64,000 bases of DNA, taken from the NCBI GenBank assembly GCA_963765895.1, contig CAVXZB010000084.1, forward strand, positions 416,001 to 480,000. Reading direction: 5' to 3'. The translations under genes and the position numbers were made by a program. Every line of letters begins with the position of its first letter. Position 1 is the stretch's first letter. Source of the DNA: an uncultured Nitrososphaeraceae archaeon. GTDB taxonomy: Archaea > Thermoproteota > Nitrososphaeria > Nitrososphaerales > Nitrososphaeraceae. Positions 45,379-55,910 of the stretch are shown here, in pieces. The notes below the pieces were generated by a model. That model ran no database searches. It saw only the letters and a list, made by a program, of their open reading frames with translations, and had not been told where the DNA came from.

Positions 45379-45700
45379 CTAGTCTTTTGCCCATTTCTTC
45401 ATCCAGTTAAATAGAGAGATAAAGATCCTGTCAATTCTTGCCCTTTAGTAGTGAATCTATATTTTACTGTGGGTGGATTTCATAATATCTCTGTGTTTCT
45501 AGAATTTCGCTTTAGGAAGTGCCTTTAGTCCTCTCGCCAAGGTTCTGCTAATGCCTATTTCAACATATTCTGAATTCTAAATTTCCAACAGGTGTGGTAG
45601 TACAACGTAATGGGAAGAATATCAAATGTTTGTCCCTTGTAGCATATAGTTTAGCTGTTCCTTATAATCAATCTGGATCCAATTATCCGGAACAGGAAGG
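45379..45700 (-). pseudogene. HxlR family winged-helix regulator remnant
   Basis: Pieces IGISRTL, YYEI-PTVKYRFTTKGQEL and WMKKWAKD* across several frames with stops. Confidence 0.65.
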
Positions 45701-45834
45701 AAATTTCATGAATCAAGATCTGTAAGCCAATGGCTTGGACTATTAATAATATATTCAAATATGATGTTACGAATAAAGATGTGACACTCATATATATCAT
45801 AGAAACCAGGCAGTAAGTGAGTTAGACACGTACT

Positions 45835-46419
45835 ATGATCAGAGAAATCATCACACCCGATAAAGTTCACAATGTTATTAATGAAATAGCGGAATCACAG
45901 TATGGTTCTCATTATAGTATAGTTTATCATAATCTAAATGTCTTGAGAAATATGTATCCACCACTAATAAGACAACACCTGGAAGCTAAAAACGATGTGG
46001 TTCTTTTCTTGCCATTTTATGATTCTACAGAGCGAGCTAGGCAGGTTTTATCAAAAAATAAGGTTGATGTTAACAAATGCGAGAACAAAGAGGAATCGCT
46101 AATTATAATGGATGCCAGTAAGGCATATTTTGGATCCTCGACAGACATTGTCTCATTTATTGCCTCATTAACCAAACTTGTCAAGGAAACAGGTAAAAAT
46201 GGTCTATCAGTATTTGAAGATATGGGTCCATTCTTTTATTATAATAAACTAAATGACTTATTAAGATATGAAGCTTCGCTATCCTCATCATACAGACCTT
46301 GGATTAAAGCTAAAGCATTCTGTCTTTACAACAAACTAGACTACAATCGCTTTGTAATAAAACAAAAGAAAACGATATCAAGAAATCATAATAAGCAGGT
46401 GGATACGATTGCTGAATAA
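45835..46419 (+). CDS. MEDS domain protein
   Basis: GSHYSIVY, LIIMDA..AYF, GLSVFEDMGPFF, LLRYE.SL and AFCLY. Confidence 0.8.
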   Translation: MIREIITPDKVHNVINEIAESQYGSHYSIVYHNLNVLRNMYPPLIRQHLEAKNDVVLFLPFYDSTERARQVLSKNKVDVNKCENKEESLIIMDASKAYFGSSTDIVSFIASLTKLVKETGKNGLSVFEDMGPFFYYNKLNDLLRYEASLSSSYRPWIKAKAFCLYNKLDYNRFVIKQKKTISRNHNKQVDTIAE

Positions 46420-46538
46420 TATTAATAATCATTCCTTTTACTCGACCAAGATAAAATAAAACAGAACTTAATACTTCTTATCTTATGATTTGAATTCCTT
46501 TTGCAGTATAATAAGTAAACAGAATGATTTAGTTCATA

Positions 46539-47069
46539 TTATTTTAAAGACAGCATTTTTTTATATTCAATATCGTTCTCAAGAGATATCATTTGTTCTT
46601 CCTTTCTTGTCTTTAGCACCGTCATTAACTCTGATTCAAGAATATGGGGGATTTTACAAATCTTATTTTCTACTATTTCTCTCGTCTGGTTTAGATCCTT
46701 GGCTCGAATCTTTAACATTAAGTCAAATTTACTATGCATTTCATGCATTTCCAAGACTTCCTCGATTTTTAAAATATCGGATATAATTTGATCTGCAGAA
46801 CCCGGAGAAATATTTATTCCCATAAACGACATGTGATCGTATCCCAGAAGATCATTATCTACCGAGATTGTAAATTTGTTGATAATGCCTGCTGCAATCA
46901 TTCTTCTAACTCTTATATGCACGGTTGCATCTGAAACACCAATTCGTTTTGCTACATCAACAAATGGTGTTGAAGAGTCTTTATTTAAAATGTCGATAAT
47001 TTTAAGATTAATATCATCAATCTGCTGAGATATTCGAACATCATTATCTATTTTGGTACTGGCAAACAT
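46539..47069 (-). CDS. Lrp/AsnC family transcriptional regulator
   Basis: IDDINLKIIDIL..DS.TPF.DVAKRIGVSDATVH.RV.RM...GII.KF with a C-terminal RAM domain. ATG at 47069 is preferred over TTG at 47147. Confidence 0.92.
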   Translation of the reverse strand: MFASTKIDNDVRISQQIDDINLKIIDILNKDSSTPFVDVAKRIGVSDATVHIRVRRMIAAGIINKFTISVDNDLLGYDHMSFMGINISPGSADQIISDILKIEEVLEMHEMHSKFDLMLKIRAKDLNQTREIVENKICKIPHILESELMTVLKTRKEEQMISLENDIEYKKMLSLK

Positions 47070-47549
47070 GAGGTTAATATCATTAGCTTTGTTCAAACAA
47101 ACAATAAAAGTATTTGTAATTACAACAGAAATTTGCAAGGAATTCAATATTCATACAAGGCTTTCCATAATATGTATAATTTCCAATCAGTATTAGGCCT
47201 AGATTAGTATTACACAGAGTTTTTGATTTTTCGAACCACGGGAAAAGGAGGCCTTTCAATCGATCTACTATAGGATGAGATTAGATTAAAAAATGATTTC
47301 AAAAACCTTCAGATAGATTAATTCAAAATTCCTTGATAAAGATCCTTAGAAATAAAATATATCGCAATGTGACAATATTGATAATATACCTTAATTTAAT
47401 TATTTTAACCAACTAGAATCGCCTCGATGATATATCGAATCAAAATTTGTTATTATCAATTAATTGCCTATCATTTTTTTCATTACTTTACTGATTTAAT
47501 CAAAGAAGGCATTAAATAATTCTGTCTTATTAGCACTAGTTAAAATGAG

Positions 47550-47912
47550 ATGTTCCTCATAGTCGATGATGATTGTGATATTGTATTGATAATCAAGAGT
47601 AGTTTAAAGAAAGCAGGTCTTTCGGTGTCATCTTTTACTGATCCGTTAATGGCCTTGGAAAAGTTTATGCAAACACCATCATCCGATTATGATCTTGTAA
47701 TCTCGGATATCCGAATGCCACATCTTAATGGCTATGAATTTGTACGGCAAATCAAAAAGATAAAACCCACCATGAAGATTTTGCTTATGAATGCATTTGA
47801 GTATGAATATTCTGCTTTTCAAAAGGGTTTTTCATCATCAGATGTAAAGGGATATATGGAAAAACCTGTATCATTACATAAATTAAATCAGATGGTACTT
47901 GCACTAGTATAG
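47550..47912 (+). CDS. stand-alone response regulator receiver protein
   Basis: FLIVDDD, ISDIRMPHLNGYEF and MEKP; the conserved Thr/Ser position is Asn (LLMNA). Confidence 0.9.
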   Translation: MFLIVDDDCDIVLIIKSSLKKAGLSVSSFTDPLMALEKFMQTPSSDYDLVISDIRMPHLNGYEFVRQIKKIKPTMKILLMNAFEYEYSAFQKGFSSSDVKGYMEKPVSLHKLNQMVLALV

Positions 47913-48665
47913 CAAGACTTCACATTCTTATAATTTTTAAAGGATATACTTAGTTGTCATTCTTCGCATTAATATGGAAAGACAATAAACAATATGACAT
48001 AATAAATGCCATATTTAATTTGCTATTGGGGGTATTGTGGAAGAAATCGATGATACATTTACAAAGAGCATATTTATGGATGACTAAGGCATGGAATGAT
48101 CATAACAAAAGAAATTCTTTCTCTTTACTCTGAGAATTATATTCCGTACTCCTAAACTAAAATCAATGTATCCTAGCCTGATTTCAGCAACAAAAATAAA
48201 CAAGAAAGATTTGGAATATTTCCTCAGATTTAAAGAAATTTCTAATGTTATACTTCATACCAACAGACTATTTCTTGAATAAATATTCGAATATAATGCA
48301 ACCCTTGATAAGAAAATATAATGGTCTGCATTCGAAAAATTTGAATTCAACAATGATGGACTGATCGAAAAATCTAATGTATATTATGGTGCGTAAGATT
48401 GCAGAAGGAACGTTTAAGGTAATAAGATGTCTATTGAAAAAGGCCTGATTTGATAATACGTTACTCATATTCAATTGATCTACAGTTTGTTTTCAATTGG
48501 ACTGTACAAGTATGTTTATCTTACAACCGACTTACAATTAAATATGAGCTAGTATTTTCATTTGTCAAAATTAATACGAGATTAAATCGATTCACTGTTA
48601 TTAGGCTTCTGCGGTAATAGGTCATTAGTAACAATTGCCATGAATAATTATTGAAGGACTGACTG

Positions 48666-49037
48666 TTAAGTAGGCAATTTCTTTTTGACCGATTCCATCT
48701 TGTCTTCGAAGGTATGTGAGGCGTCAATTCTTTCATCTATACGTATTGTAGATATGATTCTTTTAATTCCAGTATCCTTTACAGCTTTATGTGCTAATTC
48801 GACTGCTCTAAGAATATTTGATAAATTTTCTGATTCTATTTGTGTTCCCATGGGGGTAAGAATGGTTTTTAGACCCTCCACCTTAGAGATTGCATCAAAT
48901 GCTACTGCAATTTCTCTACTCATACCAGTCTCCTCTCGGTCGTCTGGTGCAGAAGGAATTCGTGAGCCAATGGGTATTAGGCTAACTTCGGCATGTACCA
49001 ATATTTTACGTACATTTTCCTTGTTAGTGAGTTCCAT
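48666..49037 (-). CDS. MTH1187/UPF0045 (thiamine-binding-like) family protein
   Basis: AEVSLIPIG, LTPMGTQIE and RIISTIRIDER.D....EDKMESV. Confidence 0.85.
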   Translation of the reverse strand: MELTNKENVRKILVHAEVSLIPIGSRIPSAPDDREETGMSREIAVAFDAISKVEGLKTILTPMGTQIESENLSNILRAVELAHKAVKDTGIKRIISTIRIDERIDASHTFEDKMESVKKKLPT

Positions 49038-49164
49038 ACCACATTATCTTGTGATATCGATCCTATAAGCGTTAATTCATGAAACTTGTCAGATTCTGAA
49101 ACTTAATATTTGATATAGACCAGTTATGGAAGTGGTATATGTTCAATACGAGTAGGCTATAGCT

Positions 49165-49662
49165 ATGGTTGAAATTGATCAAATACTTATGTCAAATGAG
49201 AAGTATTCAAATGACTTTAAGTATGCAACACTATCGAGCTCACCTGTAAGAAAACTAGCAGTACTCGCATGTATGGATACTAGAATAAATGTGGAGAATG
49301 TGCTTGGATTAAATGTAGGAGAAGCGCACATTATCAGAAACGCCGGTGGTATAGCTACAGACGATGCTATACGTTCTCTTATTATTTCACACGAGCTTCT
49401 GGGAACGAAAGAATTTATTGTTTTGAATCATACAGATTGTGGGTTGCTCAAATTTACTGACAATGATCTTCAGAAGCAATTAACAGACAAATACAATACC
49501 GATGCAAGTGAAGTGGAATTCCATTCGTTTCCAAATCTCGAACAAAATGTCAGGGATCAGGTAAAAAAGATAAAATCTACGCCTTTCTTTTCTCCAGACA
49601 TATCAGTCTTTGGATTCATATATGATGTCAAAACTGGTAAAATCATTAGAATATCCAACTAG
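49165..49662 (+). CDS. beta-class carbonic anhydrase (clade D, Cab/COS-hydrolase-like)
   Basis: LACMDTR, IRNAGG, HTDCG zinc ligands and GFIYDVKTG. Confidence 0.93.
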   Translation: MVEIDQILMSNEKYSNDFKYATLSSSPVRKLAVLACMDTRINVENVLGLNVGEAHIIRNAGGIATDDAIRSLIISHELLGTKEFIVLNHTDCGLLKFTDNDLQKQLTDKYNTDASEVEFHSFPNLEQNVRDQVKKIKSTPFFSPDISVFGFIYDVKTGKIIRISN

Positions 49663-49787
49663 GAAAGTCAAATCTAAAACACTAGATAATGCTGCAAAAA
49701 AATTAAGATTGGATATCTCAGTTAAGGGAGTGGTCAAATCGTCTATTTTTGTTATCATTCATGAGTAGAATATTTTCCCTGTTTACG

Positions 49788-50375
49788 TTATTCCTCAAGA
49801 GAGACTTCCACTGGGTTGGATTGTTGGAGATTATATCAAACACAGGCGATCTTTTTTGTGCAAGCTCCACGAGTTCTCTTACTTTTCTTTTGGAGCGTTA
49901 GACTTAACTTTGAATGTGACTTTGATTTTCTCGTATCCATTTCTAACTTTCTCGGACGTCCAAGAAGGCCTTGGATATCGATGTCTCCCCGCTAGGATTG
50001 ACTCTACCTCATCTATCTTTACTCCTTGAGCGGCTGCATGATAGATCAGAGTAGTAGTTAAGCAACCATTTAAAGCTGCTAGAGTGCACTCTGCCGGATT
50101 GGGTCCGTGATTTTCCCCAATAAAATTGGTGGTTCATCTTTATCGAGCATGAAAGGATGACTCTACTGTGAGTCTGGCAGAAACCATAAAAGTCATTTAT
50201 AGTCGTTTGGTATGCCCACCATTAATCCATTTTCCTTTTGCACGGAAATTGAATTGTAAAATCATGGGATTACTCGTTATTGCCTCCACTGCTCCAGACA
50301 ACTTTGTAACATTTACGCCATTCACGATTTGTCGATCCCTTTAATCCCGCGTTCTCCTCTTGGTTGTTTATTCAT
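49788..50375 (-). pseudogene. OsmC/Ohr family protein with multiple frameshifts
   Basis: VNGVNV, FNFRAKGKWINGGH, DKDEPP..GENHGPNPAE..LAALNGCLTTTL.YHAAAQG, GDIDIQG and AQKRSPVFD, spread over at least five frame changes. Confidence 0.8.
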
Positions 50376-50673
50376 AGTCTGAATATCATGATAAACATTG
50401 TATAAGGTAGCTGTTGTTTGCTGCCATGGTATCATCTAATATAGTTAGTATATATCTATCGACGAAATCTACAAAATGAGTTGGAAGTAAGAAAATATGA
50501 TGAAAACTGCATCTCCACCATCTAAATTCCATTACTGATAAGATAACTCGTCCAAATATGAAAAAATAGCAGCTTTTTATTATCTCATCCATTTAACAGC
50601 AAACTACTTCTAATTTAATTTAAATATACATAGGATTTTTATAATAGGATAATCGTGACTGGTCTCTTTACTA

Positions 50674-51444
50674 CTAGTTTAGAAAAAGCTTGTGAACATT
50701 TTCTTTGGTAACATGTAGCTTGTGGACCTCGTCGCCAGTTAATAAAAAGATCTGATCATGCAGTTGGAATAGGTCTAAGATATTTTTTACACCTGAGTTT
50801 AACAGAGTTGCAGTCCTATAAGTACAATATGTCAGGCCTGGTATTCGATTATTGTTATAGGCTTCTTCAATAGTTAAGGCTTGCCTCAAGGAGGCACTTG
50901 CTACATCGTTTATCAGAAAATCTAGACAGCATACCTGCCTATTATTTGAGTGTTTAGCCAAATTTTCTATTACTCTTCCACAATATTTTATAATATTTTT
51001 TTGACCATGAATCTGACTTCGTTTTTGTTGTTGCTCTAGTGGTTGTAGTAGGACATAATGCTTGTCCTTGTCTTGGCTGTTTACTGATTCTGTTGCAGTG
51101 GTATTAGTACGAGCATAATAGTAGGGCATAGTAGTTCCATCATACCATTTAAGTTTAGACAAAAATTGAGATGACTGGCTGCCCGGTGGACCACAAAAGC
51201 ATCTAAACAACTCAGCTTCTTTGGCAAGTCTATCCATAGATTTTAGCAACCCCATCATTGATTCATTATCTGAATAAATCACTAGGTGATGCTTTCTTGT
51301 AATCTGTGATTGCTGGTGTTTTAACCATATGTCTACTGCATCTTTTACTATTGAATTTATAGAAACACCTCTTTGATTAGCCATTTCTCCTAACTGCGTA
51401 TGTACCTTATCATCGAACCCTCTAATTATTAGATTGTGCGTCAC
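50674..51444 (-). CDS. ribbon-helix-helix N-terminus plus MEDS-like domain putative regulator
   Basis: NLIIRGFDDKVH.QL...A..RGVSINSIVKDAV (RHH), then HHLVIY...CCLDF...IEEAY...YCTY. Confidence 0.65.
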   Translation of the reverse strand: MTHNLIIRGFDDKVHTQLGEMANQRGVSINSIVKDAVDIWLKHQQSQITRKHHLVIYSDNESMMGLLKSMDRLAKEAELFRCFCGPPGSQSSQFLSKLKWYDGTTMPYYYARTNTTATESVNSQDKDKHYVLLQPLEQQQKRSQIHGQKNIIKYCGRVIENLAKHSNNRQVCCLDFLINDVASASLRQALTIEEAYNNNRIPGLTYCTYRTATLLNSGVKNILDLFQLHDQIFLLTGDEVHKLHVTKENVHKLFLN

Positions 51445-51479
51445 AAGAGCTATTAGGTAAATTTATATTTATAGTTATC

Positions 51480-51493
51480 GATATCATGATATC
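51480..51493. promoter_or_regulatory. perfect 14-bp palindrome just upstream of the TATA box of the RHH gene
   Basis: GATATCATGATATC. The minus-strand TATAAATATAAA lies at about 51462-51473 and the start codon at 51444. Confidence 0.5.
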
Positions 51494-51820
51494 ATAGATA
51501 GCTTGAGTTGTATTATCGTGTTATCTCTCGAAGAAAGATAGGGATAAATAGGAAATAAGCCGTACTATAAATCTGCTCTAGAATGATACAACTAAATTGG
51601 TACGAATTTTCAGAAAGAGTGACGTATATGATATATTAGATATATAAGACGTTCCCTTTTATCGAACTAAGTAAGCCTCTAGTGACGTCTAGGAATGTCA
51701 AAGTTAAAGTCTTAAATTCTAGCTTTAATACAGGGTTTTAAATTGTATTAGCTACTTTTTAATAACTGCAATGACGAATGATCTACACAAAAACTAGAGA
51801 TAGTTAATCGTGAATAAAGA

Positions 51821-53101
51821 ATGGTTCGAATTGCACATATTTCAGACACTCATCTCGGAAAACGGCCAAAGCGTGTAAGAAGAGGCATTATTAATGATCA
51901 AATAAGACCACTAGAAGACGATTTCTATCTCGCTTGGATGGAATTCGTGAACCAGGTTACACATAGCGACCGGAAACCAGACATTATTCTACATTGTGGC
52001 GATTTTTTTGATACCCCTTCTGGCAATGACTCTAGTCCTCCTCCTGAATATGCTAGAACTATTGCAGCCAAGACCTTTAAACAAATTTATGATGCGAAGA
52101 TACCGGTCGTCATTATAGATGGTAACCATGGACATTATATGGAATATAATACTTCTACGCTTAGTGAATACGCATATCTTTTTGATAATATTTACCTTTT
52201 TACACATTATGATATCAGAAAAGCGCTAAAAGAGAAGCAGCCTCTATTCTGCGATTTTCCCGAACTCGATTTAAGGATTTTGGCTCATCCAGTTGTTCCA
52301 GCAAGGTCTTTAAATTCACTGGAATTATACTCAATGTACGAAAAATGGATTTCTATTCAGAATAATAATCTTGCATCAAGTATGAACAACGTACTCATTG
52401 CCCACGGTATGACGTCGAATTATACTTTACATCCTAGTATACTAGACGGAAAATATAGTTACATTGCTCTTGGAGATGATCATAAAGCGCACAAAGTGAT
52501 AGATACTGCATGGTATTCCGGCTCTAGTCAAGTATGCAGCTTTAGCGAATGGAATGATAAAAAGGGATATTTGATCGCTGAAATAAAAGGAAAATCAGAC
52601 AATGTTAATGTTACATTCAATGAATTAGAATCCAACAGAAATATAGTTAATAAAAGTGTCAAAATCTTCCCGGAAGATACTTCCTCAATGGTCATTGCAA
52701 GAGTAAAAAGCGTGCTAGATTCTCATAACCTTAACATACATTACGACTATGAGACTGCTGCCAGAGTGCGAATAGTTTTGGAAGGTAGTAAGACTTATGG
52801 TTCATCTTTTAATATGGGCGAGATTGAATCGTATCTTAATAGGTTGACCCTAGATTCTGACGAATACAACATAGTCGAATTTATTTTAGATCGCCCTGTT
52901 AGTCAAGAGCAGTTACAGGTCAATGAAATAGAGACTATGAGTAGTATTGAATATTTAATAGATAACGCTGAAATAGAGTTTAAAGATTATATAAAGTCGG
53001 TAAGGGATCTGCAACTTAAAAAGGAGAACTTAGATCCAGATCTACTTGCCAAAATTTTTGTACTAACACTAAAAGGTAATGACAGTAATGAAAATACTTA
53101 G
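51821..53101 (+). CDS. mre11: Mre11/SbcD family metallophosphoesterase nuclease
   Basis: IAHISDTHLG, HCGDFFD, DGNH, AHG, YIALGDDH, YSGS...FSE and KKGY. Overlaps the rad50 start. Confidence 0.88.
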   Translation: MVRIAHISDTHLGKRPKRVRRGIINDQIRPLEDDFYLAWMEFVNQVTHSDRKPDIILHCGDFFDTPSGNDSSPPPEYARTIAAKTFKQIYDAKIPVVIIDGNHGHYMEYNTSTLSEYAYLFDNIYLFTHYDIRKALKEKQPLFCDFPELDLRILAHPVVPARSLNSLELYSMYEKWISIQNNNLASSMNNVLIAHGMTSNYTLHPSILDGKYSYIALGDDHKAHKVIDTAWYSGSSQVCSFSEWNDKKGYLIAEIKGKSDNVNVTFNELESNRNIVNKSVKIFPEDTSSMVIARVKSVLDSHNLNIHYDYETAARVRIVLEGSKTYGSSFNMGEIESYLNRLTLDSDEYNIVEFILDRPVSQEQLQVNEIETMSSIEYLIDNAEIEFKDYIKSVRDLQLKKENLDPDLLAKIFVLTLKGNDSNENT

Positions 53102-55628
53102 TGTAGAAATAGAGAATTTTAAGCCTTTTAGAGAAATTATTCTTCCTGACCGCGACACATTCGGCAATGGTCTTTTCCTTATCTGCGGCAAAAACTCTAT
53201 GGGCAAGAGTAGTCTGATAGAGGCTACATTATGGGGTCTATTCGGCGAGCAATTGTTTGATGCACGAAAAAGAAGTCTCTTGTTAAAAATTGGTCAGAAT
53301 GAGTGTAAGGTTCAAATCACTTTTGAGCTCGGGGAATCCGTTTTTCTTGTTATCAGAAAGCTAAATATTAGAAAGTCTGGCAATCCAACCAATAAGACTC
53401 AGAGTTTTGTATCTGATGCGACACTATTAAGGAAAGGTAAGGATGGCTTTTCGATAATAGTTAGTGATCCACGTAAAGTGAATGCTGAAATAGAGCGAAT
53501 GCTAGGTGTGACTTCCGATATAATAGAAAAAACTGTCTACGTTAGACAAAAAGACGTGGACAAACTTTCTAAGGCAGATAGCGTGGAATTAAGAAGTCTG
53601 ATATCAACTTTTTTTGATCTAGACGAATTTGATCGTATTAAAGACAATCTCCAAAACAAGTCTTCGAGTCTGCAGGATTCAATCTCAGGTTTGAAGGAAA
53701 GCATAGGTGCTATGAATATTTGGAAAAAAGATCTTGATGATAAAGAACATGAAATGAGGATTTGCCGCGGCAAGATCGCATCAAGAGAACAAGAATTAAG
53801 TGACAGGGTTCAGGAGCTCTCTAATATCCCTTCTGAAGATGTTTTGATAAGAATAAGGGATGTAGAAAATAAAATCGACAATGCACAGAGAGATCTTGTA
53901 ATTATTAATACAAGAATAGCTGACATAACAAGACTAATAGAAACCAGAGATTCGAGGTTAGATAGGTTAAGAGCTTCAATTTATGATATAACTGCCAAGA
54001 AAAATAAAACTCTGGAGGAATTGAATAAACTGCCCTCAAAGGAAGTTCTGCAGAAGGTATCTAAACTAGAAGTACAGATTTTCAATACAGAAGATGTAAT
54101 TCGAAGTACAATTACACAATCTAATCATCAGTTTGAATTTGACTCTGAAAAACCAGAATCAATCCTAGAAAGGCATGAGTTAGCAAAGAAAGACAAGGAA
54201 TCTGTAGAGTTGAAAATACGTAGCCTCAAAAAAAATATAGAAAAACTTAGAGAACAACTATCATATAATGAAGCAATATCTAATCTCAAAGAGAGTAGCA
54301 TAATTCATGTAGAGAGGAACGATAATTGTCCTGTATGTAATAAACCAGTTGAAGATAAAAATAGGCTTATTTCATCGATAAGAAAAGAAGTAGAGCGTAC
54401 TAGTCTAAATACTGGCTCTACAAATCTTGAATTGGCAGATAAAATGAATAACCTTTACGAATTAGAATTATTGGCTACCCACAACAATAAACTTGAAAGT
54501 GCACTAAACTCATTACTACCATCTTCACACAATCTTATCCAGTATCGAAAAGACCTCTTATCAATTCTATTGCCCTTCTCTTCAAAATCTGTCCAAGAAT
54601 TTTTGCGGTTTTTTAGTTTTAATTCTGTTAATGAACTGATTTCTACTAGAACAATACTGGAATCAAAGCTACCAGATTATGATCGACAAATTAGTTCCTT
54701 GGAAGTGGAAGTTAATAATGAAATAGATCAATACGCACGATATGACACTCAACTATCTGAGGAAGAAAATAAAAAAGATCAGACCTCAAATAGTCTAAAA
54801 AGCTTAGAGCATGAGTCGAGTCAAATCTACAGAGATATGTCTATAGAGTCTATAGACCAGTTGACTCGAAAGAATAATAGTGAAAGCATAGAGAAATTAA
54901 TCACAAAGCGAAAAGTTCTTGAACATTCAATTTTAGATTTAAGAGAAGATGTAATTCAACCGCTGAAGGAGCTGTTTTCAGACCTGGAAACAGAGATTTG
55001 TAACAGGAAAGCAATAATAAGTCAACTCGAAGCAAAGGAATCAGAAATTAGTCAAAAGGAGAATGAAATTCGACATGTAAAATATCTTAGGGGAGAAATA
55101 GACGGATTTATTTCACATTATGTAGTTGAAGGCAAATTGGTAGAAATATTAAAAAAAGCTACTAATTTCTATCTTGTACCATTTACTGATTCAAGATATA
55201 CAATTGATAAAATCTACTCTATAACTAAAAGAGTAAAAGATAGAGAGTCTCATGGTTTAGAAATTTCTTTATTTGATTCTAGAGACAATCATATAAAATC
55301 TAGGGAACAGCTTAGCGGCGGTGATGAAACCGCTTTAGGTTTGGCATTAAGAATAGCCATCTCTAAATTAATGGGTAGAATAAGACCATTTAGGGACTCT
55401 GAGAGACAGCTTCCATTATTAAATTTAATTATAATGGATGAACCTATGGCTAGCCTAGACTCATCTAGGCGCTCAGCAATAATAAACAAGTTAAGGGAGG
55501 ACAAGAGCTTTAGACAGATATTTCTAATCTCACATACTGATAATTTCTTCGGTGAGTGTAATTCAATTTTCCTTGATGAGGCTGTAGCTGGTCAAAGACG
55601 TTTAACATACAGCCCATTAGAAGCGTGA
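53088..55628 (+). CDS. rad50: Rad50/SbcC family SMC-like ATPase
   Basis: IENFK, Walker A GKNSMGKSS, Q-loop VRQ, coiled coils with a central CPVC zinc hook, LSGGD signature, Walker B IIMDEP, SLD and ISH. ATG at 53088. Confidence 0.93.
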   Translation: MKILSVEIENFKPFREIILPDRDTFGNGLFLICGKNSMGKSSLIEATLWGLFGEQLFDARKRSLLLKIGQNECKVQITFELGESVFLVIRKLNIRKSGNPTNKTQSFVSDATLLRKGKDGFSIIVSDPRKVNAEIERMLGVTSDIIEKTVYVRQKDVDKLSKADSVELRSLISTFFDLDEFDRIKDNLQNKSSSLQDSISGLKESIGAMNIWKKDLDDKEHEMRICRGKIASREQELSDRVQELSNIPSEDVLIRIRDVENKIDNAQRDLVIINTRIADITRLIETRDSRLDRLRASIYDITAKKNKTLEELNKLPSKEVLQKVSKLEVQIFNTEDVIRSTITQSNHQFEFDSEKPESILERHELAKKDKESVELKIRSLKKNIEKLREQLSYNEAISNLKESSIIHVERNDNCPVCNKPVEDKNRLISSIRKEVERTSLNTGSTNLELADKMNNLYELELLATHNNKLESALNSLLPSSHNLIQYRKDLLSILLPFSSKSVQEFLRFFSFNSVNELISTRTILESKLPDYDRQISSLEVEVNNEIDQYARYDTQLSEEENKKDQTSNSLKSLEHESSQIYRDMSIESIDQLTRKNNSESIEKLITKRKVLEHSILDLREDVIQPLKELFSDLETEICNRKAIISQLEAKESEISQKENEIRHVKYLRGEIDGFISHYVVEGKLVEILKKATNFYLVPFTDSRYTIDKIYSITKRVKDRESHGLEISLFDSRDNHIKSREQLSGGDETALGLALRIAISKLMGRIRPFRDSERQLPLLNLIIMDEPMASLDSSRRSAIINKLREDKSFRQIFLISHTDNFFGECNSIFLDEAVAGQRRLTYSPLEA

Positions 55629-55910
55629 GAAGGATTCTTGCAAACAGGATTCACAATTGCTGTCGCATTTTTGGTAATAAATCGATATAACATGCGGAAT
55701 AAATTCAAGGCGGCATTACGTCTATTATAGGATTTGAATATATATCAAGTCTGTAATATAAAATTAATTTCGAGAATTTTCTATAAATTGAGTCCCTAAT
55801 TCCAGCGAAACCAAATGTAATGGAAAAATATTAATGGTCAATATGCGGCATACTAGTAAATATTCTACTAGAACCAAATAGCATATTGCATAATTGAATA
55901 AGTATCTGGG

